Source of the DNA: an uncultured Spirochaetota bacterium | GTDB lineage: Bacteria; Spirochaetota; Brevinematia; Brevinematales; JAOACQ01 | Direction of reading: 5' to 3' | Assembly: GCA_963835575.1 (NCBI GenBank) | Contig: CAWIGG010000006.1 | Span: 64,001 to 128,000, forward strand | DNA: 64,000 bases | Part shown: positions 43,803-53,411 of the stretch, piece after piece | How positions within the stretch are numbered: position 1 is the first letter of the stretch | Layout: every line of letters begins with the position of its first letter | Made by a program: the position numbers and the translations under genes | Notes under the pieces: generated by a model | The model's input: the letters and a program-made list of their open reading frames with translations, nothing else | The model's database searches: none | What the model was told of the DNA's origin: nothing

Positions 43803-44354
43803 AACCACAGATTACACAGATGTCACAGATGATAATTTTGAAAGTATCAGTGTAATTATGCTATAATTGTGAATATGAAAAAAGAAGAAAGTAAAGATCG
43901 TCGGGCTTATGGGATTATTGGTGCGGCTATTGAGGCACACAAAGAATTAGGATCAGGATATCTGGAAGCAGTATATTAGGAAAGCCTTGAATTAGAATTT
44001 AAACTCAGAAAAATCCCTTATATATCTCACCCCATTCTTAAGGTTTTTTATAAAGATATTGAACTGAAAAAATATTATGTGCCTGATTTTATCGTATATA
44101 ATGAAGTGATTCTGGAAATTAAAGCGGAAAGATGTTTGACGAGAGTAGATGAGGCGCAAATAATAAACAGTTTAAAGAATTCGGGAATGAAAGTAGGTTT
44201 GCCGATTAATTTTGGTGAAAGCTCATTAAAATTCAAACGTTTTGTTTACTGAAACATATTTCATATTTCGTTTATTGTTAATAGAATGAATTCGAATTGA
44301 GATTTAATATTGATACCACAGAAATAATCTGTGAAATCAGTGAAATCTGTGGTT
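43803..44354 (+). mobile_element. Putative GxxExxY element, CACAGAT arm type
   Basis: AACCACAGATTACACAGATGTCACAGAT ... ATCTGTGAAATCAGTGAAATCTGTGGTT. Confidence 0.6.
43875..44252 (+). pseudogene. GxxExxY protein with an in-frame TAG (absent from the ORF track)
   Basis: MKKEESKDRRAYGIIGAAIEAHKELGSGYLEAVY*ESL...PDFI..ILEIKA..INFG..KRFVY; TAG at 43977 where the paralogues have Gln (CAR). Confidence 0.9.
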
Positions 44355-44444
44355 TCAGCCAAAAAAATTAAAAACTGAAAAAGTATACTATATAAGGATA
44401 TAATTCTATATCTTTTTCTGCCGATTCTATAACAGGAGTAGAAA

Positions 44445-46247
44445 ATGGCAAACGGTCAGGAAAACGGGATACTGGAAGCCTCGCAGGAATATTCCAGGAT
44501 GGCTGAGCTTCTCAAGGCGGAACGGGAGCCGGAAGCGGCCGCAATGGTCAAGCAGATCCTGGAATCCGGCGACAGCCTGCAGGACAAGATCCGCAAGATC
44601 GAGCTTATTGACGCGCAGGAAATCGGCAAAGTCATCGATGAAGCCCCTCTCAGTAAAGAGGAGGTTCAGGAGATCATCCGGAATAAGCATGTTTCCACCG
44701 ATGAGGTTGCCCAGAAGAACAGTGAAAAGATCAAGATAAAGCAGATGAGGAACCCATTTTTCTTCTATTTCTTCAAGGATTATAAGAAGATCCGTGAATT
44801 CGGGAAATATTCGGGATTTATCCGTTTCGGATTGAATATCTCGGGGATCAAATTTAATTATAATCCCGTAAAATCCCTTTTTGCCGGATTGAAGAAGGAC
44901 GCCGGCGAACTGATCAATGTTTTGAACTTTGTGCTGGACAAGGGCTGGATGGATCTGGACAAGCTTGATTACAACCTGATCATCGTATTCAAACGCCTCT
45001 GCGAAGCCTTAACCGCGGTAAAAGCGCCGAAGTCTTCCTATTCATTGAAGCAGATGCTGGAGAATTATAAAGAGATTGAAACGTATTTTTTAACCTGTCA
45101 ATACCAGGTTGAATATCCCGATATCATCCGTTCCAGCATTATCCAGGTTCTGGAAAAACAGCACAGGCCGGCCGGACTAGTCGAGCTGGCGGAAATTCAG
45201 GTGCGGCGGATTTTGTTTCAGGACGATGCGCCCTGCCTTTATAATTGTATCCTTGCCCTGAATATGAGCGAATACCGGCGTTTTATAAAAATAGGCGATA
45301 TGATCCGAAACCAGCAGGGCGGCGTTATCAATACGTTTTCTTTTGACTGCACGGCCCTTATTCAGCAGAAGATCAACGTTTATATTAATGATAAAACAAA
45401 GGCCTGGCAGAACCTTCTCCAGGAAAAGGCCGAGATCGGCAAAATCCAGTATTTTCTCAAGCATTTCATCCGGCAGGATTCCTCGGGCTACAGAAGCTAC
45501 AGCTTCACCCTGCTGACGGATTTTTATGATTTTTCCTTCTATGAAGTAAAAGAAGAGAGCTTTAGTTATGATAAGAACAATACCGCCAGGCTTGCCCTGA
45601 AATTTTTCGGCAAGTTTATGAGCGAGTTTGAGAATTTCTTTATTGACAGGATCGATATAGAGGGTTACGGGCCCGTCAGGGTTTTCAGCAGGGAGGTTTT
45701 CCAGCTGGAGATCGACAAGCTGAAGCGCGGGCTCGGCAAATTTTCGGACGCGAGCTATACATATCCCATCATTTCGAGGCGCGAGTTTTTTGAGCAGAAG
45801 ACCTCCAAGAAGGAAGTCATGCCGCCGCCGCCGGTGCTCACTTTGATACAGACAGCGGATTCCCTTTCCGATATACTGGTCGGCATCGGCACCAAGCTGG
45901 GAAATATCCATATCAACCAGAAAAAAGGCCCTTCCGCCAACGGTTCTCAGAGCAGTCTCGCCCCTCTCGAGATTTCCGTAACACGGTCGCATAATGTCAG
46001 TATTCCCTACTGGTCCAACAGGATCCTCAGCGCGGGATTTTTAAAAGACAAGTTTTTTTCCGACGCCGTGGCTACAATAGCCAGCTTATGCTTCCTCTCC
46101 GCCATATACTTTTATAATATGCGTCTCTATTCCATTCTGGAAAAAGAAATGAAGATAAGCAATATGATCGCTGAAACGCGAAAAAGCCTCGAGAGGCTGG
46201 CCGATGTGGTGACGTTTGAAAAAATCAGGAAAACGCAGTCGATTTAA
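44445..46247 (+). CDS. Hypothetical alpha-helical protein
   Basis: 600-aa ORF with AGGAG RBS; no motif recognised. Confidence 0.75.
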   Translation: MANGQENGILEASQEYSRMAELLKAEREPEAAAMVKQILESGDSLQDKIRKIELIDAQEIGKVIDEAPLSKEEVQEIIRNKHVSTDEVAQKNSEKIKIKQMRNPFFFYFFKDYKKIREFGKYSGFIRFGLNISGIKFNYNPVKSLFAGLKKDAGELINVLNFVLDKGWMDLDKLDYNLIIVFKRLCEALTAVKAPKSSYSLKQMLENYKEIETYFLTCQYQVEYPDIIRSSIIQVLEKQHRPAGLVELAEIQVRRILFQDDAPCLYNCILALNMSEYRRFIKIGDMIRNQQGGVINTFSFDCTALIQQKINVYINDKTKAWQNLLQEKAEIGKIQYFLKHFIRQDSSGYRSYSFTLLTDFYDFSFYEVKEESFSYDKNNTARLALKFFGKFMSEFENFFIDRIDIEGYGPVRVFSREVFQLEIDKLKRGLGKFSDASYTYPIISRREFFEQKTSKKEVMPPPPVLTLIQTADSLSDILVGIGTKLGNIHINQKKGPSANGSQSSLAPLEISVTRSHNVSIPYWSNRILSAGFLKDKFFSDAVATIASLCFLSAIYFYNMRLYSILEKEMKISNMIAETRKSLERLADVVTFEKIRKTQSI

Positions 46248-46536
46248 TTGATCATATTAAAATGAAGTTTCTGCGGACGCGGAATAATTTAAAACAGAAC
46301 TTTCTTATATTCAGGCCCGTTTTATAATATCTTCTTTCCTGCGGCAGGACAAATCATCCTTTTCTTGTATTGCGTGAATCATTTATTCTATACCTGATTG
46401 GTGCCCGATAATAAAAACAGGCGGCTCAACGGGAGGGTATCCGTCCGGCCGCCTGTCTATAGAGAGGTACTTTCTGATGAAGAGAATCGCGGTTTTCTAA
46501 TTATTAATTAATGGAGATTAATTGTATGAAGACGAG

Positions 46537-46655
46537 GGGGTTGTCCCTGTAAAGCCGTAATGGAATCCCGCCGGCGCATCGGTTCTGCTTCGCGGCGGGC
46601 TAAGTATAGGCTTTTGCCGCCGGCGGGTATCTATATAAAATTTTGGGGCAACCCC
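46537..46655. repeat. Small palindromic MITE-like element
   Basis: GGGGTTGTCCC ... GGGGCAACCCC with an internal CCCGCCGGCG/CGCCGGCGGG stem. Confidence 0.5.
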
Positions 46656-46712
46656 ATGAGACCCTGAAAAAAACCTCCTTTGTTTATTTGTTTTATAGGA
46701 AAGATTTTCAAA

Positions 46713-46762
46713 TACTACATTCGTAGTACATATAATATACTACGCGTGTAGTATTATGTCAA
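46713..46762 (-). promoter_or_regulatory. Minus-strand promoter with two BlaI/MecI-type operators
   Basis: TTGACA-17-TATATT on the minus strand; TACTAC-N4-GTAGTA at 46713-46728 and 46738-46753. Confidence 0.75.
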
Positions 46763-46900
46763 GTGTTTTTGAAAATATTTTTTCCTCCGGTATTGACAAA
46801 ATTGAATATTGCTTTTAAATAAATGTAATTAAATTAATGGACGCGGATTATCGGAAGACCGGATAATCTGCAAAATTATTAATATTCGGGAAACTGTTTT

Positions 46901-47491
46901 ATGTGTAAGGAATTTAGGTATTCAATACTTCATCTTTTAGCTGTGTTTTCATTAATTTTATTAATACTGAGCGCCTGCGATCTGCTTCAAGACCCCCCTT
47001 CCGACCGGCAGAAGACGCTGGGAGAATGGATGTATAACAGGGTAGTTTACATTGACGGCAGTTTTCAGACATATAACGGCAATATTATTACAATTACCTC
47101 CAGCGGCGGATCGGTCACAGTTTATACCAATTCTTCTTACACAGCTGTTGTTTTTAATGAAAAAAATTCATGTCTCTGGGAGACCTGTAATACAAACGGG
47201 AATATTATAACAAATACGGGAACCTGGTCCATAAAAGAAACGGACAAATTGCTGACTTTAACGAAGGTTAATTACACGAATATCCTTTTTATTTTTACTA
47301 ATGTTTATTTCGTTTATAATTATGCCTATACCTATGACTTTATTGATGATAATACTATAAAAATTACTGCTGAAATTGACAGCTATAACTGCATCTTTGA
47401 GAATAATACGCCGACAAATTATTCGACAAATAATATTGATATCTTTGCCGCCGCCGGGGTGAATTATGTTGAGATCGGAAAGATAAGATAG
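46901..47491 (+). CDS. Lipoprotein, lipocalin-like beta fold possible
   Basis: Lipobox LSAC; LGEW, TGTWS. Confidence 0.65.
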   Translation: MCKEFRYSILHLLAVFSLILLILSACDLLQDPPSDRQKTLGEWMYNRVVYIDGSFQTYNGNIITITSSGGSVTVYTNSSYTAVVFNEKNSCLWETCNTNGNIITNTGTWSIKETDKLLTLTKVNYTNILFIFTNVYFVYNYAYTYDFIDDNTIKITAEIDSYNCIFENNTPTNYSTNNIDIFAAAGVNYVEIGKIR

Positions 47492-47539
47492 GATCCGGTA
47501 TAATATAGTAAAGCGGATTAAAAAAATAAAACGGGAGAA

Positions 47540-47952
47540 ATGTTATTTTAGAGATAATTATTTCCGTCATCATCGCTATCTTTGTTCTGGCAGTGGTTAA
47601 TTTTGTGGTCAGGAAAAACATCTCCTTTGCCAGGAGGAATTATAAAACAAAAAACGTGGAGATCAATCTAAGCAGGACCCCATGCCCGGTCTGCGGCACA
47701 ATTATAAAGGAAGGGGAAAGGGTCAAAACAACCGCTTATTCCCTGGGAAAGGAAAAGCTGGTCCTTGTTTACGGCTGTCCCGCCTGTTATCCCCCCGGTA
47801 AAGTCATAAAAAGAATATGCCCGGTCTGCAAAAATGAATTGAGAAATAAGGATTATATCCTGGCCAAAATGTGGGAAGAGGAAAACAAACTCCGTCTTCA
47901 TATCATGGGCTGTTCGATATGCAAACCGAATTCTTTTGTTGTAAAAAGCTGA
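47540..47952 (+). pseudogene. Membrane-anchored double zinc-ribbon protein with a -1 slip just after the ATG
   Basis: Four CxxC pairs; GGAG-ATG 47540; one more T in 47546-47549 puts the TM segment in frame with ORF 47593. Confidence 0.6.
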
Positions 47953-48103
47953 ATTCCCCCGTTCCGCGGACAGTAAAAAATTAAACTTCAGGGCTGGCAA
48001 TTTTTCCAAACTATAATATAATTATTGGGCTTTTGAATTATTGATTAAAAAAAATATATTCAATCTGGCTGTCATTTTTCTGTAAGGATAGAGGAGGCTT
48101 TTT

Positions 48104-48655
48104 ATGCTAGTACCGGCTGTATTAGGCGGCATTGTTGTAGTGATATTGCTCTGGGTGATGATGGCTTATAACGGTTTTATCAAGCTGAGGAACCAGGCGG
48201 ATGAATCCTGGAGCGGTATAGACGTCCAGCTCAAGCGGCGCTATGACCTGATCCCGAACCTTGTGGAAACCGTCAAAGGCTACGCCAAGCATGAGCAGTC
48301 CACTTTCGAGAAAGTGGTCCAGGCCAGGAACGCGGCCATGAGCGCCCAGAAAGTGGAAGATAAAGCCCAGGCGGAGAACATGCTTTCAGGCGCCCTGAAA
48401 TCTATTTTTGCCCTCGCTGAAAACTATCCGGAGCTCAAGGCGAACCAGAATTTCCTCGATCTGCAGAAGAACCTGGCGGAAATTGAGGACCAGCTCCAGA
48501 ACGCCAGAAGATATTACAACGCCGTTGTCCGCGACTATAATATCCAGTGCGAAAGCTTCCCGTCTGTCATACTTGCCGGCATGTTCGGCTTCAAAAAACG
48601 GGCCTTCTTTGAAATAGCGGAAGCCGAAAAGCAGAATGTCAAGGTGCAGTTTTAA
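48104..48655 (+). CDS. lemA: LemA family protein
   Basis: IDVQLKRRYDLIPNLVETVKGYA.HE, AENYPELKANQNF, ARRYYN. Confidence 0.96.
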   Translation: MLVPAVLGGIVVVILLWVMMAYNGFIKLRNQADESWSGIDVQLKRRYDLIPNLVETVKGYAKHEQSTFEKVVQARNAAMSAQKVEDKAQAENMLSGALKSIFALAENYPELKANQNFLDLQKNLAEIEDQLQNARRYYNAVVRDYNIQCESFPSVILAGMFGFKKRAFFEIAEAEKQNVKVQF

Positions 48656-48669
48656 AGGGAACTGGGTTA

Positions 48670-49141
48670 TCCGCTAAGCCACGCCAAGGAACGCTAAGAA
48701 GAATATATAATTGGTAAAAAAAATGGCTGAAGATTTATTATTTAAGGAAGAAGTTTTTAAAATCATGGGTTGTGCTATGAAAGTGCAGGATGAGTTAGGG
48801 AACGGTTTTCTGGAAGCGGTTTATCAGGAAGCTTTAGAAATTGAATTAAAGCTCATGCAAATCCCTTTTGAATCTCAGAAAAGACTGAGAATTAATTATA
48901 AAGGACAGCTGCTTCAAAAAGAATATATTGCCGATTTAATATGCTTTGACAAAATAATATTGGAATTGAAAGTTGAAGAGAAGCTGACTTCTATTGATGA
49001 AGCTCAGATTTTAAATTATTTGAAAGTTACGGGTTTATCGCTTGGACTCATTATAAATTTCGGATCAAAGAAGAAACTTGAGTGGAAACGTTTTGCAAAC
49101 ACTCAACAATAACCTTAGCGTATCTTCGCGATCCTTAGCGG
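48670..49141 (+). mobile_element. Putative GxxExxY element, CGCTAA arm type, between lemA and DUF2207
   Basis: TCCGCTAAGCCACGCCAAGGAACGCTAAG ... CTTAGCGTATCTTCGCGATCCTTAGCGG. Confidence 0.65.
48723..49112 (+). CDS. GxxExxY protein
   Basis: GFLEAVY motif; 101/129 aa identical to the 14851-15240 protein by manual count. Confidence 0.93.
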   Translation: MAEDLLFKEEVFKIMGCAMKVQDELGNGFLEAVYQEALEIELKLMQIPFESQKRLRINYKGQLLQKEYIADLICFDKIILELKVEEKLTSIDEAQILNYLKVTGLSLGLIINFGSKKKLEWKRFANTQQ

Positions 49142-49175
49142 GAGCCCCGAAAGTGTTATAGGGAAGGAGTTGTTT

Positions 49176-50900
49176 ATGAAAAGATTTTTTATATTTATAT
49201 TTCTGTTTCTTTCAATATCCCTTTCTTACGGCGAATATTTCAGCATTAAAGATTACAATATCCATGTCAAAGTCCTGAAAGACGGTGTACTGGACATTAA
49301 CGAAAGAATTTCCGTCACTTTTACCGAGCCCAGGCATGGTATTTTCAGGGATATTCCATACGGCTATACTATCACAAAGGCGCAAGGAGGCGAATCGGCC
49401 GAATATCCACTTCTTTTCGGGGATCGATATCAGGACCTTCTTTATGACATTTCGGTCCAGAACTTTCATTATCAGGTGGAAAAAAACAATGCCATGATCC
49501 GCATCCGGATCGGTTCCAAAAACGCTTATGTGGAGGGCGACCAGGTTTATATTATCAATTATAAAGTTTATGGAGAGGTCCGGAGATTCAACGATTATTC
49601 CGTAATTTACTGGAACCTGACCGGCAATGAATGGCCGGTTGAAATAGATTATGCGGTGTTCTCAATGGAACTGCCTTCCTCAGTCCCGTTAAGCTCAAAG
49701 GATTATAGAATTTATTCCGGGGTATACGGCTCGAAGGAAAACGACGCCTGCTATTATAAATATGAAGCGGATGAGCTTTCCGGAAGGACAATCCGGGCTT
49801 TAAATCCGAATGAGGGAATAACCGCCTGGATCAAGCTTCCGAAGGATTATTTTGTAAAAAATGATATACTGGACAAACTTTTATGGCTTCAGAACAACTC
49901 GGGGCTGTTCGCTATCATTATACCTTTTTTAGTGCTGATCATCGCGTTTCTGGTCTGGAACAAATACGGGCGCGATGTAAAGATCGTGAAAATGGTCCAG
50001 TTCAAACCGCCGGAAGATATGACGCCTGCGGAGGCGGGGGTCATCATCGATGATGTGACGGATAACAGGGATGTTCTGTGCCTGATCTATTACTGGGCGG
50101 CGGCCGGGTATCTGGAAATAGAAGAGCTGGAGAAGGGGACGCTCTTCAAATCAAAAGACTTCAAATTGATTAAAAAGAAAGAACTGCCGGACAACGCTAA
50201 AGAATACGAGAAAACCATGTTCAATGGGCTTTTTGAGGGAAAAGAGACGGAAGTCCTGATCAGTTCGCTCAAAGACACTTTTTATACGACTTTCGACAGC
50301 GTTAAAAGCCAGCTCAATGATTATATCGGCAGTCAGGCTTTTTATACGCCGGGTTCGCGCGGCCTCCGCGCTCTCTTTATATTCCTTGCCATGGTCTTTG
50401 TTTTCGGCGGATTTTTCCTGACGTTTTTTGCCGGATGGAGCGCTCTTTATATCGCTTCGGGTATTGTATCGGCGGTCATTTTAATTATTTTCGGGATTTA
50501 TATGCCAAAGAAGACAGCTAAAGGCCTTGAGAAATACAAAGTCCTTGAAGGTTTCAAACTTTTTATTGAAAAGGCTGAAAAGCCGAAGCTCGAGGCCCTT
50601 ATGAAAGAAGACCCGAATTATTTTGACAGGACGCTTTCCTATGCCATAGCGTTCGGAATGGGCGATAAATGGGCCGCGAAATTCGCCGGCATTATCACGC
50701 AGCCGCCTTCGTGGTACCATGGGCACAGCTTTACCGCTTTCTCCACGGCGTATTTTATCAGCTCGCTGAACTCGAGCATCTCCGGTATGAGCTCGACGAT
50801 GACATCCCGCCCTTCCAGCAGCGGCTCAAGCGGCGGCGGCGGATTTTCCGGCGGAGGAGGCGGGGGCGGGGGCGGGGGCGGGGGCGGAGGCAGCTGGTAG
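49176..50900 (+). CDS. DUF2207 membrane protein
   Basis: HGIFRDIP, YWNLTGNEW, PAEAG, YAIAFG..W, Gly-rich GGGGSW tail. Confidence 0.92.
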   Translation: MKRFFIFIFLFLSISLSYGEYFSIKDYNIHVKVLKDGVLDINERISVTFTEPRHGIFRDIPYGYTITKAQGGESAEYPLLFGDRYQDLLYDISVQNFHYQVEKNNAMIRIRIGSKNAYVEGDQVYIINYKVYGEVRRFNDYSVIYWNLTGNEWPVEIDYAVFSMELPSSVPLSSKDYRIYSGVYGSKENDACYYKYEADELSGRTIRALNPNEGITAWIKLPKDYFVKNDILDKLLWLQNNSGLFAIIIPFLVLIIAFLVWNKYGRDVKIVKMVQFKPPEDMTPAEAGVIIDDVTDNRDVLCLIYYWAAAGYLEIEELEKGTLFKSKDFKLIKKKELPDNAKEYEKTMFNGLFEGKETEVLISSLKDTFYTTFDSVKSQLNDYIGSQAFYTPGSRGLRALFIFLAMVFVFGGFFLTFFAGWSALYIASGIVSAVILIIFGIYMPKKTAKGLEKYKVLEGFKLFIEKAEKPKLEALMKEDPNYFDRTLSYAIAFGMGDKWAAKFAGIITQPPSWYHGHSFTAFSTAYFISSLNSSISGMSSTMTSRPSSSGSSGGGGFSGGGGGGGGGGGGGGSW

Positions 50901-51051
50901 AAAGAAATAATTCACAGGAAGGCGGGAAGACGGGAAGACGGGAAGGTTTTTAATGATTTATTTATTTTCATTGCCGTTCAAGTTATAAATTTATTAAACT
51001 GTGATTTGCTAGAAATTTGAAAGAACCGGAATTTCACACAGAGTGCACAGA

Positions 51052-52752
51052 CAGACTGTGTGAAAAAGGCGGTGTAAGACAATAAAGGCGGAGAAAAATC
51101 CTCAAATTTATTTTAATAAGGTATAATATGTAATCAAATTTGAGGTGTGTAAGATGAACCATATAACAGGAGAGCCAAGAGACCAGATAGTACTTTACGC
51201 GGAAACTATTGATGGTTTGATAGAAGAGAAGAACCCTGTAAGAATTATAGACGCATATGTGAGCAGACTAAACATCAGGAGGTTGGGATTCAAAATTAAA
51301 GAGGCGAAAAAAGGGCGTCCATCCTACACAGCGGATGTATTGTTGAAAATATATATTTACGGATATTTGAACAAAGTCAGGACCACGAGGAAATTAGAAA
51401 ACGAATGTAAAAGGAATACGGAACTGATATGGCTGACCTGCCGCTTAGCGCCTGATTTTAAGACCATAGCGGATTTCAGAAGGGATAATATTAAGGGCAT
51501 AAAAAACATTTTCAAAGAGTTTTTGAAAGTATGCCGCAAATTAGAACTGCTGACATTTAAATTAACAGCGACAGATGGAACGAAAATAAGTGGGCAAAAC
51601 AGTCTGGGTAATATTTATAGGCGGGAAAGCATTGAAGGAGTTGAGAAAAAGATTAATGAAAAAATAGACAAATATCTTTTGGAATTGGATAAAAATGATA
51701 AATCGGAAGAAAACGAGTTTGAGTTTTTATCCAGCAACATTGAAAAAAAGCTGGACAGCCTCAAGACAAGAAAAGAAAAAGTAGAAGCGATAAAAAAAAT
51801 GTTTGAGGCCGATCCGGAACTTGAAATCGTTTACGGGAATGATCCCGACGGCAGAATTGGGAAAGATAAAGGGAAAACGGATGTTTTGTACAACGCGCAG
51901 ATAGCAGTGGACGAAAAGAATAAATTGATTGTCGCGGTGGATGTAACCAATGAAAGTAATGATGTTCATCAAGCGGGAAATATGGTTAATAAAGTTGAAG
52001 AAATAAAGAAAGAACTTGAAGCCGAACCGGGATTAAAAACCATACATGTCCTGGATGCCGGATATTATTGCGAAAGTGAGATATTACCGCTTACAGACGG
52101 GGGTCATGAAATCTATATTCCAAGCCCGCGCGATGAAAAAGAAAAAAAGTCCAGGTACAAAGAGCAGCAGAAAGAAAGTATCCCGGCAAAAGGATATCTG
52201 GCAGAAGATTTCAAGATTGATAAAGAGAAGAACCAGTTGATTTGTCCGCAAGGATTACGATTAAATAATCAAAGTGTATATCAGGATAAAAACACGGGGA
52301 TTACTGTAGCGGAATTCAAGTGCAGGAACGAGAATTGTGAGAAGAAGCATTTATGCACAAAAAGCAAAGAAGGCAGGACGGTAAAGTTATCGGTGCGAAA
52401 GGAAGATATGGATAAATTCGATGAGAAGGTCCGAAGTGAATTGGGGCAAAAGATTGTTGCAATCAGAAAAGAGTTGGCAGAACATCCATTTGGAACAATA
52501 AAAGGAAATTTTGGTTATAATAATTTCTTGCTGAAGGGGATTGATAAAGTAAAAAGCGAGTTTAATTTCACGGCATTTATCTATAATTTTAAAAGAGTTC
52601 TGAATATTGCTGGTTTTGATAAGTTATTAGCCGCAATATAGTCTGAATTTCAATGATTATCAGTAATTTTTTATTCAGGCTCTTCTTTAAAGTAAGCAGG
52701 AACCTTTAGATGCCTGATCTTATAAATGTATTCTCTTTTTTCACACAGTCTG
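51052..52752 (+). mobile_element. IS1182-family insertion sequence
   Basis: IRs CAGACTGTGTGAAAAA / TTTTTCACACAGTCTG; AGA duplication at 51049-51051 and 52753-52755. Confidence 0.92.
51154..52641 (+). CDS. IS1182-family transposase
   Basis: GRPSY, LLKIYIYGY, PDFKTIADFR, DGTKI, YNAQ, DAGY, EHPFGTIK. Confidence 0.96.
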   Translation: MNHITGEPRDQIVLYAETIDGLIEEKNPVRIIDAYVSRLNIRRLGFKIKEAKKGRPSYTADVLLKIYIYGYLNKVRTTRKLENECKRNTELIWLTCRLAPDFKTIADFRRDNIKGIKNIFKEFLKVCRKLELLTFKLTATDGTKISGQNSLGNIYRRESIEGVEKKINEKIDKYLLELDKNDKSEENEFEFLSSNIEKKLDSLKTRKEKVEAIKKMFEADPELEIVYGNDPDGRIGKDKGKTDVLYNAQIAVDEKNKLIVAVDVTNESNDVHQAGNMVNKVEEIKKELEAEPGLKTIHVLDAGYYCESEILPLTDGGHEIYIPSPRDEKEKKSRYKEQQKESIPAKGYLAEDFKIDKEKNQLICPQGLRLNNQSVYQDKNTGITVAEFKCRNENCEKKHLCTKSKEGRTVKLSVRKEDMDKFDEKVRSELGQKIVAIRKELAEHPFGTIKGNFGYNNFLLKGIDKVKSEFNFTAFIYNFKRVLNIAGFDKLLAAI

Positions 52753-52967
52753 AGAGAGCACAGAGTAAGCTATAATTCTTTATCTGCATAAGATTAAACA
52801 ATATCCCTTTGTACTCCGTGTTCTCTGTGCGGGAAAAATAATTTTTTAGGATTCTGAAACATTATTTTTTTGCTGTCTAAATTGCAATTTCAAATCTGGA
52901 AATTAAATTTTATTTCTAAAATCTCCAGATTTTTCTTCGTGTCTTCCCGCCTTCCTGTAAAACCCGT

Positions 52968-53363
52968 CTATTTTTCTTCGACCTTTTTTATGATGATGTA
53001 AATTCCCGCTCCGATGATCAGCTCGGTAAAGAGAAGAAGGAGCCAGTTCAGGAGCGCCGGATAGCTTCCGGGAAGGCCCACGGCGAATTTCGAGAGAATA
53101 ATGCGGGCAATCCAGAAGATCAGGATAATGTACATTGAGGTCCGGAGAAGCTTCTTATCGACGGCGGTAAACATGCTGACAAGCAGTATGATGCCGGCGA
53201 AAAGCTCCACAATACCGAAGATCACTTCAAGGGCCAGGGTGTATCTGAGCGTGAAATAACTTTCCTCAATGCCTGGAATGATCCCCAGGAGCCCTAATAT
53301 CAGAAAGAACACCGCGATGAGAAAAATGAGAAGGTTGATGGGAGTGACTTTGTGTTTAGCCAT
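52968..53363 (-). CDS. Four-TM membrane protein
   Basis: AGGAGG RBS; four hydrophobic segments. Confidence 0.75.
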   Translation of the reverse strand: MAKHKVTPINLLIFLIAVFFLILGLLGIIPGIEESYFTLRYTLALEVIFGIVELFAGIILLVSMFTAVDKKLLRTSMYIILIFWIARIILSKFAVGLPGSYPALLNWLLLLFTELIIGAGIYIIIKKVEEK

Positions 53364-53411
53364 GACGGCCTCCTTTTTATTTATTGCCTATTAATCTAAT
53401 CTAATCTAATC

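Larger units (their letters stand above)
50914..52958. repeat. Outer GGGAAG-type inverted element enclosing a CACAGAG element and IS1182
   Basis: ACAGGAAGGCGGGAAGAC at 50914-50931; exact complement at 52941-52958. Confidence 0.75.

Noticed and set aside
43977..43979. Pyrrolysine or amber recoding of the TAG
   Set aside because: A single C>T change at a Gln codon explains it; other genes here use TAG as a normal stop; no pyl genes seen
50820..50897. G-rich tract
   Set aside because: Encodes the usual Gly-rich DUF2207 tail
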